This document shows, piece after piece, positions 55,591 to 64,000 of a stretch of 64,000 nt of DNA. The DNA lies in the NCBI GenBank assembly GCA_965198175.1, contig OZ240245.1:96001-160000 (forward strand), read 5' to 3'. This DNA is from Candidatus Poribacteria bacterium. Its GTDB lineage: Bacteria; Poribacteria; WGA-4E; PCPOR2b. The notes under the pieces are model-generated. The model made no database searches, had not been told where the DNA came from, and saw only the letters and a program-made list of their open reading frames with translations. Each line of letters starts with the position of its first letter. Within the stretch, counting starts at the first letter, position 1. The translations under genes were made by a program, and so were the position numbers.

Positions 55591-57675
55591 CTAGGTTGCT
55601 ATAAACCCCAATAAATGAATTTGGGCATGCATAATCCGATCCTGAGATGCCCGAAGCGTTTCTCGGTGGGTTTGGTCGAGGTCAACTATCAGTACAATAG
55701 CATCGGAATGAACACCCAAGATAAGGCTATCTGCTGTTGGCAAAATCGGCGGGGCATCAAGCAAGATGAGTTCGTAGCGTTCACGAAGTTGTTGAAAGAA
55801 AACGTTTAAACGAGGCATCCGCAGGAAATCAGTGGGATTTGAGGATAATGTTCTCGCGCTCATCAGGTCGAGATTTGCAATATGTGTGCGTTGAATCGCC
55901 TGGTTCCAATCTATTTCTTCGTCTGTAAGCGAGTTTGTCTGACCGGCATCCGATGGAATATTGAAAATTTGATGTTGTGCAGGCTGGGACAAGTTACAAT
56001 CTACAATCAGAACAGAGCTTTTCGCTGATGCCATTGCCGCTCCTAAGTTTGCTGACACAGTAGAAACCTCCTCGCTAGGATCACAGCTTGCCAGCATGAG
56101 AATCTGTTTATCAATTTCAGGATTGGAGAGATTTATATTTGCAGCAACGGTTCGATAGGATTCAGAAATAAACTGTGAAAAGAGATTCTGTTCCCGGGGT
56201 TCAACAGCCCCCAAGTAAAACAGACCGAGATCGGACTGAACTTCTTCAGGGTATCTGTAGGTGTCGCCGAAATATTCCATCAGCAAAGTAATAGAAATGC
56301 CAACAGCGCAGCCAATTCCGCCTGCAATGATGACAATAAAACCGATGCGAGGGCGAACCGGAATTTTTCGAGGAACTGCTGCATCAACTACCTCAATTCC
56401 TCCCTTAACATGTGGGAGACTCGATTCTCCGTCCCGGTAATCTGATTCGGCTTCGGCAACTAGAATTTCTGCCTCAAGGTACTGTTTGGAAATCTCCTTC
56501 TTCAATTCATAAAGCGTATTAATCTCGGTTTTTATTTTTGAAAGATTAAATTCATTTTCAGGAATTTCGTCTATTAGTGGTTTCAACTCATGATTTACCT
56601 TATCTAATTGCAACTTAATCTGCTTCAGATTATGGTCTGCTTGACGGAGACTCGCCTGAAAATTCATTATCTGATTTCGTAAGCTGATATACTGAGGTAA
56701 TTCTCCATAGGTTTCAGATGTTGTGTTTAGGTCTGTTTCAAAGTTGTTTAATTTATTCTGGAGATTCCGAATTTCTGCATCAGTTGCTCGCAAATCAGAA
56801 GATTTTTCGCCAACCTGTTCCCGGCGCCCAACCTGATATAGTTCTAGAGACATTAATCTTTCATGATAACTTCGCCAGATTGGATCGTTCCTAATAATTT
56901 CTGAAATTCTGATATCTTCAGGATAATCCGTAATTTCTTTTTCAAGACGATTAAATTCTAACTTTGTAACGCTTCTCGTTCGTTCAATTTGATCTGCTTG
57001 ATCAAGCAACCTGACCTGCCGATCAAGCAGACTTGAAAGTTGCGCGTACCACGTTGCTGGATTTCCTATTTTGTTGATAAATTGAATTGCCACAACTTCT
57101 TTGTCCTTGATTTGTTCAGAAAGATCGGCAATCTCATCCTTTAGAAGCGTCCGTCGGTGTCTGGCTTTGCTTGTTTCCTCACCACTGCGCAAGGACTGAT
57201 ACTCACGAATCAACTGGTTTGCTAAGAGCGCGGCGTTACGTTCGCCGCCCTCTTCTTCCGTTAGTTCCAGCGAAAGCTCAATGTAATGTGTATCTGGACG
57301 TTTTTTCGCTTTCAAATTCCGTTGCAACTGCCCGATTGGAGGGAGATAGTCCGTCCCTTCGATGCCCACAGCCTCTAGGCTTTGGATAGCCGATGATAAC
57401 ATTGATTCCGTAGCAAAACGCTGACCGATTGTCTCCATTTCACTGTGGTCAACGCCGCCGGGCAGAACACTTTGAAAAAGACCCGTGGAGGGTATGGGCG
57501 AGCTAGATGTTGGTTGGATAAGCAATATCAGGGCAGAAGCTGAATAGGTTCTTGGTAACCACAAACTAACGACAAGCGCAGTTCCTAGAATGAGCAAAAC
57601 ACTCAAGCATATTATAAAATCATGCTTTCGTAAAATTGCGAGATAATCACGTAAATGTACCTCTTTCTGAGGCAT
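55591..57675 (-). CDS. Wzc/GumC-like polysaccharide co-polymerase with a degenerate BY-kinase domain
   Basis: LRDYLAIL N-terminus, TM, coiled coils, VVDAAVP..PVRP, TM, ESYRTV, LILLDAPP. Confidence 0.85.
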   Translation of the reverse strand: MPQKEVHLRDYLAILRKHDFIICLSVLLILGTALVVSLWLPRTYSASALILLIQPTSSSPIPSTGLFQSVLPGGVDHSEMETIGQRFATESMLSSAIQSLEAVGIEGTDYLPPIGQLQRNLKAKKRPDTHYIELSLELTEEEGGERNAALLANQLIREYQSLRSGEETSKARHRRTLLKDEIADLSEQIKDKEVVAIQFINKIGNPATWYAQLSSLLDRQVRLLDQADQIERTRSVTKLEFNRLEKEITDYPEDIRISEIIRNDPIWRSYHERLMSLELYQVGRREQVGEKSSDLRATDAEIRNLQNKLNNFETDLNTTSETYGELPQYISLRNQIMNFQASLRQADHNLKQIKLQLDKVNHELKPLIDEIPENEFNLSKIKTEINTLYELKKEISKQYLEAEILVAEAESDYRDGESSLPHVKGGIEVVDAAVPRKIPVRPRIGFIVIIAGGIGCAVGISITLLMEYFGDTYRYPEEVQSDLGLFYLGAVEPREQNLFSQFISESYRTVAANINLSNPEIDKQILMLASCDPSEEVSTVSANLGAAMASAKSSVLIVDCNLSQPAQHQIFNIPSDAGQTNSLTDEEIDWNQAIQRTHIANLDLMSARTLSSNPTDFLRMPRLNVFFQQLRERYELILLDAPPILPTADSLILGVHSDAIVLIVDLDQTHRETLRASQDRIMHAQIHLLGFIAT

Positions 57676-57970
57676 TGAAAGCGCACTTTCTTATTCTCAG
57701 ATGTAACTAATTTTCAATTTAGAGGCTTAGTATTCTCTGTGTGGTAGATGACTTTGTGAAGATAAAGCGCGCCACACTGAACACTAACGATTGACGTTTC
57801 CAAATTAAACGCTTGAAGGTTAGTTAAACCTTTCAAGGAAACGCTACCCTTTATGAACAAACACAGAGAACAAACACAGAAATTGCTGTCTTCAACCACC
57901 ATCAACAATACCGACAGAAATGACCTTTTTACACCGGTATTTTCTATTCGTGATTAAATCTTAAAGGTTA

Positions 57971-58132
57971 GGTTGTGTTGACATTCCAACGGAGCTGGAT
58001 AAGGTTGATTTGCAACACAAAGAATCGGGTGACTGAGAAGAAACGGTGAAGTTATTTTCCATTGTTCATCGGGTAAGCTTATAGATAATACTGCAATTCT
58101 AACACGAACCCCGCTTGAATGTCAACGGAACC
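57971..58132 (-). mobile_element. MITE: internally deleted relative of the IS5 element at 59090-59907
   Basis: Ends GGTTGTGTTGACATT and AATGTCAACGGAACC, each flanked by TA; subterminal sequence matches both ends of the IS. Confidence 0.8.
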
Positions 58133-58263
58133 TAAACCGTTTCGCTACAAATATGTTGGGTCTTGAATCCAGGCTGCGTTGCCGGGCCGAGAATCTCTTT
58201 CATGATTGCCGAACGAGTGTTAACCTCGTTAAACACCAAACCGTGCATACAATTTTTTTCTTC

Positions 58264-58950
58264 CTACTCCTTGAAGCGGTAGCCGATGCCGCGTACCGTC
58301 TCAATCAGCCCTCCAAATCGTCCTAGTTTACGCCGCAGGCGACTTATGTGAGTATCCACAGTACGATCAATGCTGCAATACTCCTCTTTCCAAACCGCAT
58401 CCATCAAAATGTTGCGCGTGAAAACCCGTCCAGTACAACGCGCGAATAAGCTAAGCAGCTTAAATTCTGTAGCAGTCAGTAAAATCGCCCCGTCCTCGCC
58501 GAATACCTGATGTTTGTCCAGGTCAATCTTCAAGCCGTGGATCTCAACTATTTCTGAGGGTTTAGAAGGTTTTGTGTCTGCAGGGCGACGTAGTACTGCC
58601 CGGGCTCTCAATACGACCTACCGTGAGCTAAAAGGCTTCGAAATATAATCATCAACTCCCAATTCGAACCCAACAATCCGATCGATTTCTTCCCCTTTTG
58701 CTGTCAATATGATAACTGGAATATCTGCGGTTGATGCATCCTGTTTTAACAATCGGCAGATTTCTAATCCATCGACTTCGGGAGGCAATAGATCCAATAG
58801 GATCAGGTCGGGAGGATTGGCTTTAATTTGGTTAAGGGCAGTCCTACCGTTGGAAACTGCTTCCGTCTCAAACCCGGCTTGATTCAGGTGGTACGCTAAC
58901 AGCTCAACAATATCGGGTTCGTCTTCGACAATAAGGATTTTCGATACCAT
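58264..58950 (-). pseudogene. phoB: PhoB/OmpR-family response regulator interrupted by an in-frame TAG (58618-58620)
   Basis: REC (ILIVEDE, LILLD, DDYISKPF) and wHTH (LTATEFKLL, RTVDTHISRLRRKL, IETVRGIGY) are in the same frame, separated by TAG-GTC-GTA. Confidence 0.8.
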
Positions 58951-59025
58951 GTTAATCTTTCGCTAAGCAGGTTGTGCAACGCCTAAGGTCCTATAGCGGA
59001 TTATCGGCGCAACTGTGGAAGACAT

Positions 59026-59059
59026 ATTATAGCCAAGAAATGTTACGAAATTGTGACAT
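59026..59059 (-). promoter_or_regulatory. Pho-box-like tandem repeat plus TATAAT -10 upstream of the phoB-like gene
   Basis: Minus strand reads ATGTCAC-AATT-TCGTAAC, 10 bp, TATAAT. Confidence 0.65.
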
Positions 59060-59089
59060 TCTTTTGGCTTTTTGTTGAATGCTGTATTA

Positions 59090-59907
59090 GGTTCTGTTGA
59101 CATTTCAACGGAGCCAGATAAGCGTGGAGACAAAACTTAGAAATCCGAAATAGCGGACAGCCAGCTTCTCGAAACGAGAGAAGATACGACGATACCATTT
59201 TATCTTGTTGATAAAACATTCAACCAGGTGTCTCTCTTTGTATAAATGTTTGTCATATGTTCTTTGAGCGCCACGATTACGTCGAGGCGGTATCACCGCC
59301 GTCGCTCCATTCGCTTCAATAACGTCGATAAAACTGTCCGAATCGTATCCCTTGTCTCCAATTACATGCTCGCTGTTATAGCCAACTATCAACGCTTCGG
59401 CTTCAGCTATGTCGTGTCTCTGACCGGGAGTTAGCTGGAGTCTAAGCGGATTACCTAGTGCGTCAACTGTGATATGAATTTTTGTGCTAAAGCCGCCCCG
59501 AGAGCGTCCTAGCGCTTGGTTTTCAGCACCTCCGTTTTTTTTGAGGCTCCAGCCGCGCATGGGTGAGCCCGGCAAATGGTAGTATCAATAATAAGCCACT
59601 CCATATCTGGGTCGGCGGTAAAGTAGCAGTGCATCTGTGAGAAGATTCCTTTGTCACACCAGTTACTAAACCGCTTGTAAATGGAGTTCCAATTTCCATA
59701 GGCAGTTGGCAAGAGTCGCCATTGAGCACCGCTACGAGTCACCCACAGAAGGGCTTCGACGAATCGTCGAGTAGCAGTTTCGTTGCGGACATAGATGTTG
59801 GAACAGCTTAGAAGAAACGGGTATATCTTTCTCCATTGGTCGTCAGGTAAAGTTATGGGCATCATTCTTCTATTATGCCAACCTTATAACCAAATGTCAA
59901 CAGAACC
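59090..59907 (-). mobile_element. IS5-family (IS427-group-like) insertion sequence, 818 bp
   Basis: Perfect 16-bp IRs GGTTCTGTTGACATTT/AAATGTCAACAGAACC; TA target duplication; two-ORF transposase. Confidence 0.93.
59105..59865 (-). CDS. IS5 transposase, orfA (59509-59865) and orfB joined by a -1 frameshift at an A8 run (59535-59542)
   Basis: RSGAQWRLLP..YGNWNSIYKRF, IDTT, GRSRGGFSTKIH, GDKGYD, YKERHLVECF. Confidence 0.9.
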
Positions 59908-60467
59908 TAGTTATTAGCTTCTGCAATCTCTTCTTTGCTAAACGCTTCATCATGCCATTCTTGAATCCGCCACTCTCGACTCCTTGACTCAAAGATAAAC
60001 CGGTTATCTCCTTCGGCAAACCAACCTGTATATCCCCCTTCTAGGGACTCACCACTGGCAATAAACCCTTGGATCCTATAGTGATTTTTGACTTCCGCCC
60101 TGGTGTGTGCCTCATCCAAATAGTCAATTTCCGGGGGTTCAGAAATCTCAATTTCGATATCCTGGTACAGCCTAAAGACACGAATTGCAGACTCTCTTTC
60201 CTGATCCCAATTATCGAATATGAGATCGTCGGTTGTGTCGTCATCTGTTCCCATATCCGATACATAAAGGAATTTGTCCTTCCAATACACGTTCATATAC
60301 AGTTCGACATCTTCGTTCTCATAACCCTCTCGCCACTGTTTCAAAACTTTATTAATCGCAGCATATTCCTCGGGCTGGACTCGACCGATTTCTTCAACAT
60401 CTCCACAACTAAAAAGAAACGTAAAAACAACTAATAAGCAGCCTACTTTGGCAAAGCCCCTTAACAT
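59907..60467 (-). CDS. Lipoprotein with NTF2/SnoaL-like fold
   Basis: Lipobox-like FLFSC; WREGYENEDVELYM..Y, EWRIQEW. Confidence 0.6.
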   Translation of the reverse strand: MLRGFAKVGCLLVVFTFLFSCGDVEEIGRVQPEEYAAINKVLKQWREGYENEDVELYMNVYWKDKFLYVSDMGTDDDTTDDLIFDNWDQERESAIRVFRLYQDIEIEISEPPEIDYLDEAHTRAEVKNHYRIQGFIASGESLEGGYTGWFAEGDNRFIFESRSREWRIQEWHDEAFSKEEIAEANN

Positions 60468-60511
60468 GACTGTGTATACCTCCATAAAGTTAGGACGAGC
60501 TTACTTGCTCT

Positions 60512-61072
60512 TCAGAAAGATTTGACAATACCTACACGAAGTTGGGTTGGTGTAACCTCGAATTGCACTCCTAACTCTTCAATCTGTTTGACGTCATCAA
60601 TAAGCGAATTCGCTTTTGTTTTTGCATTGTATAGGTTGGCGCCAACATAGGAATCGATGATGCTGTACGCCCATACGCCCGCTGCTGCAATTAGGAAAAA
60701 CTGTCGTAGCTTAAAGCGCTGATTTGCCCGGTTATAGTGGGAAAGAGCCTCTGGAGAATCTCTCTTTATCTTGGCAGCTGGCTCATACTCATTATCATAG
60801 ATGTCCCGAAAGGATTTGTGAGCCATCAGACTACCAATAAGAAGCCCGCTCGTCCCGACAAAAGACGCACCGCTTTGTAAGTAGCCCTGTGTGTAGAACT
60901 GCCCCCAGCCCGGTAGAACGATAGAACGGGCGACCGCCGCAATTGGTGAGACAAGATGTAAATCCGCTTCTTCTGATTCCGCGAAGCTTGCTTGCCCTCC
61001 CCAAATCAAGGCAAAAACGCAAACTAGAAGTTGAATCAAAAGCAAATTTACTTTAATAGATTGCCACTTCAT
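60512..61072 (-). CDS. DUF5683-like membrane protein
   Basis: ARSIVLPGWGQFY and YSIIDSYVGA motifs. Confidence 0.7.
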   Translation of the reverse strand: MKWQSIKVNLLLIQLLVCVFALIWGGQASFAESEEADLHLVSPIAAVARSIVLPGWGQFYTQGYLQSGASFVGTSGLLIGSLMAHKSFRDIYDNEYEPAAKIKRDSPEALSHYNRANQRFKLRQFFLIAAAGVWAYSIIDSYVGANLYNAKTKANSLIDDVKQIEELGVQFEVTPTQLRVGIVKSF

Positions 61073-61241
61073 AGCTTTTCCGATCTAAGGCATTTCGTGA
61101 AAAATTCACAAAGTGACTCAAATTTTGAAAGCAGCGATAATAATAGCAATATTCGATACGCTTGTCAACGAAAAAGTTATCCCAAAGAAAAAGCAGCCAG
61201 GGGACAATCCACCTTGGCTGCTTATTCGTGGCATGTTGTAG

Positions 61242-62750
61242 TTATTTTCTTCGACTATTCCGTTTTGTTCTCGACGTATTTCGACTTCGCTCGCTCTGAC
61301 GGGTATTCTGCCCGTCATCGTCGTCATTGCTTCTGCTTGTTGTACGTGAAGGCGATTGTCGAGTGGTTGATGTCCGAGAACGTGAGGTTGAGGAAGGGAT
61401 AGGTTTTGCGCGTGACGTCGTCCTGGATGGGGAGGATCTATACCGTGAAGCAGGAGTCCTCGACGAACTTCGCGAAATCCGAGAACGAGTATTAAGGCGT
61501 TTCCGGCGTTCATTGTTTGATCGCCTGATATCTTGCTGACTCTGGTATTGTTGATTAGATCGGCGGTAACGTTGCTTAGATGAAACCCGAGATGGTGGCA
61601 AGTATTGGCTCCGGCGCCTTGTCGTAGGATTAAATTCTGTATTCGTTTCAAAAGATCGGCGTTTGCCCGTAGCTATTGAACGCTGGGCAGGACCCGCCGG
61701 AATAGATTCTTGATGGTGTTTTGCTATAACGGCTCGCACACGCTTCTGCACATCCGAGTTTCGCCTGCCTCTGACAGTCCTTGACAAACGGCTCCTATTA
61801 TATTGGTGCCGAACAGTTTCGTGCTCTTCGCTCCATCGGTTGAACCTTCGCTGATGCGTTTTGACACGATTATTGTTGTGTACGTGTGCATTTACACGAT
61901 TGGAATAGGAACGATAATAATAACGTGGGTAATGGGTGTAATAACGGTGGAGATAGTTGCCGAAGTCGTATCGAATAGAGAGATAACGGCGATCGTAAAT
62001 CGGATAACTCCATCGAATATAGTAATCCAGGTCCGTACAGTAGTAGAAAGGTCCGTCGTAAAAGTAGTGGTAGGCGTATCTATGCCACGGCTTCCAGTAA
62101 TACCTACCAGCGTAGCGATGCACAACACGAAAATCCGGCTGCCGTTGATAAGTCAAAAGGTCGATACGTTCCACATCGAGTTGTTCTCCATTTTCAACAA
62201 CGATGTGCATTTCCAGAAACCCATCATCAACGTGACCGGCAGCAGCAATTTTAATCGTTTCTGATCGCCGTTTGGCACGTAAGAAAAACGTGTCGCCATA
62301 TCTCGTCTCATCTGCATGTTTATCGTCATATTGGCGTCGGGCGTATTCTCGTTTGGTGTTGCGAACCCAAACGCGCCCCACAACATCTTCTTGACCCTCA
62401 AGTTCAGCGTCGTGGGGTTCACCTCGGTAGCGAATTATGAACTCAATATGTTGCGCTTGTCTCGGAATTTCAAAGAAATAGACCGCACTCGCTATGGCAA
62501 ATTCGTGGTCTTCCTCTTCTTGATTGTGCGCGTCGGCCCAGGCAGTCAAACGGATGCCATCTTCGAAACGTGGGCTCGCAGTCACAGTTGCGTTTCCGCG
62601 TTCGATCCAGTCATCAGCATCGCCAGCTTCTCGAGGATCTCGACTCAGAAAATCTGAGAAATAGTCGTATTCATGGTTTGCTTGGGCAAGTATTGTGGAC
62701 AATATCCCTATAATAATGAGCGGTATAGAGATGTTGATTCGGGATTTCAT
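61242..62750 (-). CDS. Secreted hypothetical protein with a Tyr-rich segment and an Arg/Ser-rich tail
   Basis: SD GGAGG, signal peptide from ATG 62750, long ORF with compositional bias. Confidence 0.6.
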   Translation of the reverse strand: MKSRINISIPLIIIGILSTILAQANHEYDYFSDFLSRDPREAGDADDWIERGNATVTASPRFEDGIRLTAWADAHNQEEEDHEFAIASAVYFFEIPRQAQHIEFIIRYRGEPHDAELEGQEDVVGRVWVRNTKREYARRQYDDKHADETRYGDTFFLRAKRRSETIKIAAAGHVDDGFLEMHIVVENGEQLDVERIDLLTYQRQPDFRVVHRYAGRYYWKPWHRYAYHYFYDGPFYYCTDLDYYIRWSYPIYDRRYLSIRYDFGNYLHRYYTHYPRYYYRSYSNRVNAHVHNNNRVKTHQRRFNRWSEEHETVRHQYNRSRLSRTVRGRRNSDVQKRVRAVIAKHHQESIPAGPAQRSIATGKRRSFETNTEFNPTTRRRSQYLPPSRVSSKQRYRRSNQQYQSQQDIRRSNNERRKRLNTRSRISRSSSRTPASRYRSSPSRTTSRAKPIPSSTSRSRTSTTRQSPSRTTSRSNDDDDGQNTRQSERSRNTSRTKRNSRRK

Positions 62751-63016
62751 GACAAACCCTCCGTAAATTTGTTCCAAACTGAGTTGTATAACAGCATGCC
62801 ACCCCCTATTATATCGGGTACATCCTCACGCGGCATGGAAAAATATTGCTCAATCACTCGTCATGTGCTTACCGATAGCAAGATACATGCCACGATTAAT
62901 CCGCTTCTCGAAATCAAGACTGAACCGAAGTTCAAATTAGTGACCCGATTGAAGTGTGGCAACAGTGATACAATCTGTGGCGAAAGTAATACCCGCTTCC
63001 AGCGGAAGTCTTAAGA

Positions 63017-63781
63017 TCACTCTGTTTTTTCTACCAGTCGGATGCCTCTTTCTGCTGCCAAATCGCGCGCAAGTGGTGTGATAACGACCGGATTGGCGTA
63101 GACGAACTCTCGAACTGAAGGTGCGAGATTAGCAATAACTGAGGCGCTAATCACCGTTTTTGACTCTTTTCCATCAACAAGGCAAAAGTTTAAGGAGTCT
63201 CCGTTCAGAATTGTCTCAGCTAGTTGTTCAATTGGCACAAACTGAATACCAAAATTTGACAAGGTTTCGAGGTAATTGTGCTCGATTTTTGGAATTTTAG
63301 ATGCACGCTTTGCTTGGACAAATTCTTTGAGTAAATCAGACGCCGCGACGACTCTGTTTCTGCGAAGCATCGCTTGAAAAATTAGATAAGTGCATGGTGT
63401 ATCCGCTATTCCCAAAGCAAGTTTCGCCGCCATTGGATGAGATAAAATCGGTATGGCAATTAAAGGGCGACCTTCGGTAAAAGGGGACAAGTTCGTGATG
63501 TCTCCACAAGTAAGCACCTTATCCTGACCGCATACCGATTGAATGGCTTCTACGTCTAAAAGTCTGGCAGCGAGATCCGTCACAATTGCTGTTGTAACGT
63601 AACCGCCTTCGATGCATGCTTCAAGTTGTTTCAGTAACGGGGCGAGATCGACCTGAGCTGCGTCAAATATTGCCAGAAGTTGCTTATCAGAGACGGTAGG
63701 AGAAGTGGAAATTGACCGTTGATCTAGGACAGCTTTAACTTCTTCCTCTATCCGTTGAATGGGCACTTCGCTGTCACCCAC
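63017..63781 (-). CDS. Microcompartment-locus-associated protein (flavoprotein-like)
   Basis: AAKLALGIADTP and C-terminal VITPLARDLAAERGIRL; directly follows pduL. Confidence 0.6.
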   Translation of the reverse strand: MGDSEVPIQRIEEEVKAVLDQRSISTSPTVSDKQLLAIFDAAQVDLAPLLKQLEACIEGGYVTTAIVTDLAARLLDVEAIQSVCGQDKVLTCGDITNLSPFTEGRPLIAIPILSHPMAAKLALGIADTPCTYLIFQAMLRRNRVVAASDLLKEFVQAKRASKIPKIEHNYLETLSNFGIQFVPIEQLAETILNGDSLNFCLVDGKESKTVISASVIANLAPSVREFVYANPVVITPLARDLAAERGIRLVEKTE

Positions 63782-63792
63782 TGAGAGAACTC

Positions 63793-64000
63793 CTAATCTC
63801 GCAACAACTCTATGGCTTCACCGCCACGTAATCCTGCACAATTGGCGTCGTCAGTATCTAAGTGCATCTGAAGCACATAACTCGGTGAGAGTTTGGGGCG
63901 AATGTTTTCGAAAGTCAAAGCGCGTTCACCAAGAATATGAACTTTTAACAAATCGTCTTCACAAACTCCAAGGCGTTTAGCATCTTGAGGCGTCATGTGA
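63793..64000 (-). CDS. pduL: Phosphate propanoyltransferase PduL, C-terminal part (5' end outside the window)
   Basis: HMTPQDA..GERALTFENI....YVLQMHLDTDDANCAGL. Confidence 0.85.
   Translation of the reverse strand, partial: HMTPQDAKRLGVCEDDLLKVHILGERALTFENIRPKLSPSYVLQMHLDTDDANCAGLRGGEAIELLRD

Noticed and set aside
58618..58620. Amber readthrough or recoding in phoB
   Set aside because: TAG is a normal stop elsewhere in the window, and other substitutions suggest decay.
1..64000. CRISPR arrays, tRNA/rRNA genes and the many short antisense ORFs
   Set aside because: No spaced repeats or RNA-gene signatures seen; the short ORFs overlap well-supported genes and lack motifs.

Overview
A 64-kb bacterial window whose gene content is most consistent with Candidatus Poribacteria or a related lineage. 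That assignment is an inference from tandem DUF6785/DUF6784-like membrane proteins, many LamG proteins, giant TPR proteins, a recurrent C-terminal 'KLATTWxxxK' tail and the edge of a PduL-containing microcompartment locus. In order, the window holds: two DUF6785-like transporters; an archaeal-type pantoate kinase plus phosphopantothenate synthetase pair; inositol-3-phosphate synthase; TonB; a PorV-like barrel; htpG; two tandem secreted giant TPR paralogues (~3350 and ~2890 aa) with a homogenised N-terminus and different cargo domains (LamG plus a decayed beta-sandwich versus a WCPPC thioredoxin); a LamG-cohesin protein; a signal-peptide-bearing methyltransferase; a vWA module; a NUDIX-eIF2B-like fusion; a histidine kinase; DUF1080-like and LamG secreted proteins sharing a putative sorting tail; a large outer-membrane protein with exbB-exbD-exbD; a Wzc-like pseudokinase; a phoB-like pseudogene with an intact Pho box between an IS5 element and its MITE; and the end of a BMC locus. 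The best candidates for undescribed biology are (1) a C-terminal sorting-signal/export system, (2) the modular giant-TPR scaffold pair and (3) the archaeal CoA route in a bacterium. All family assignments are by eye, without database searches.
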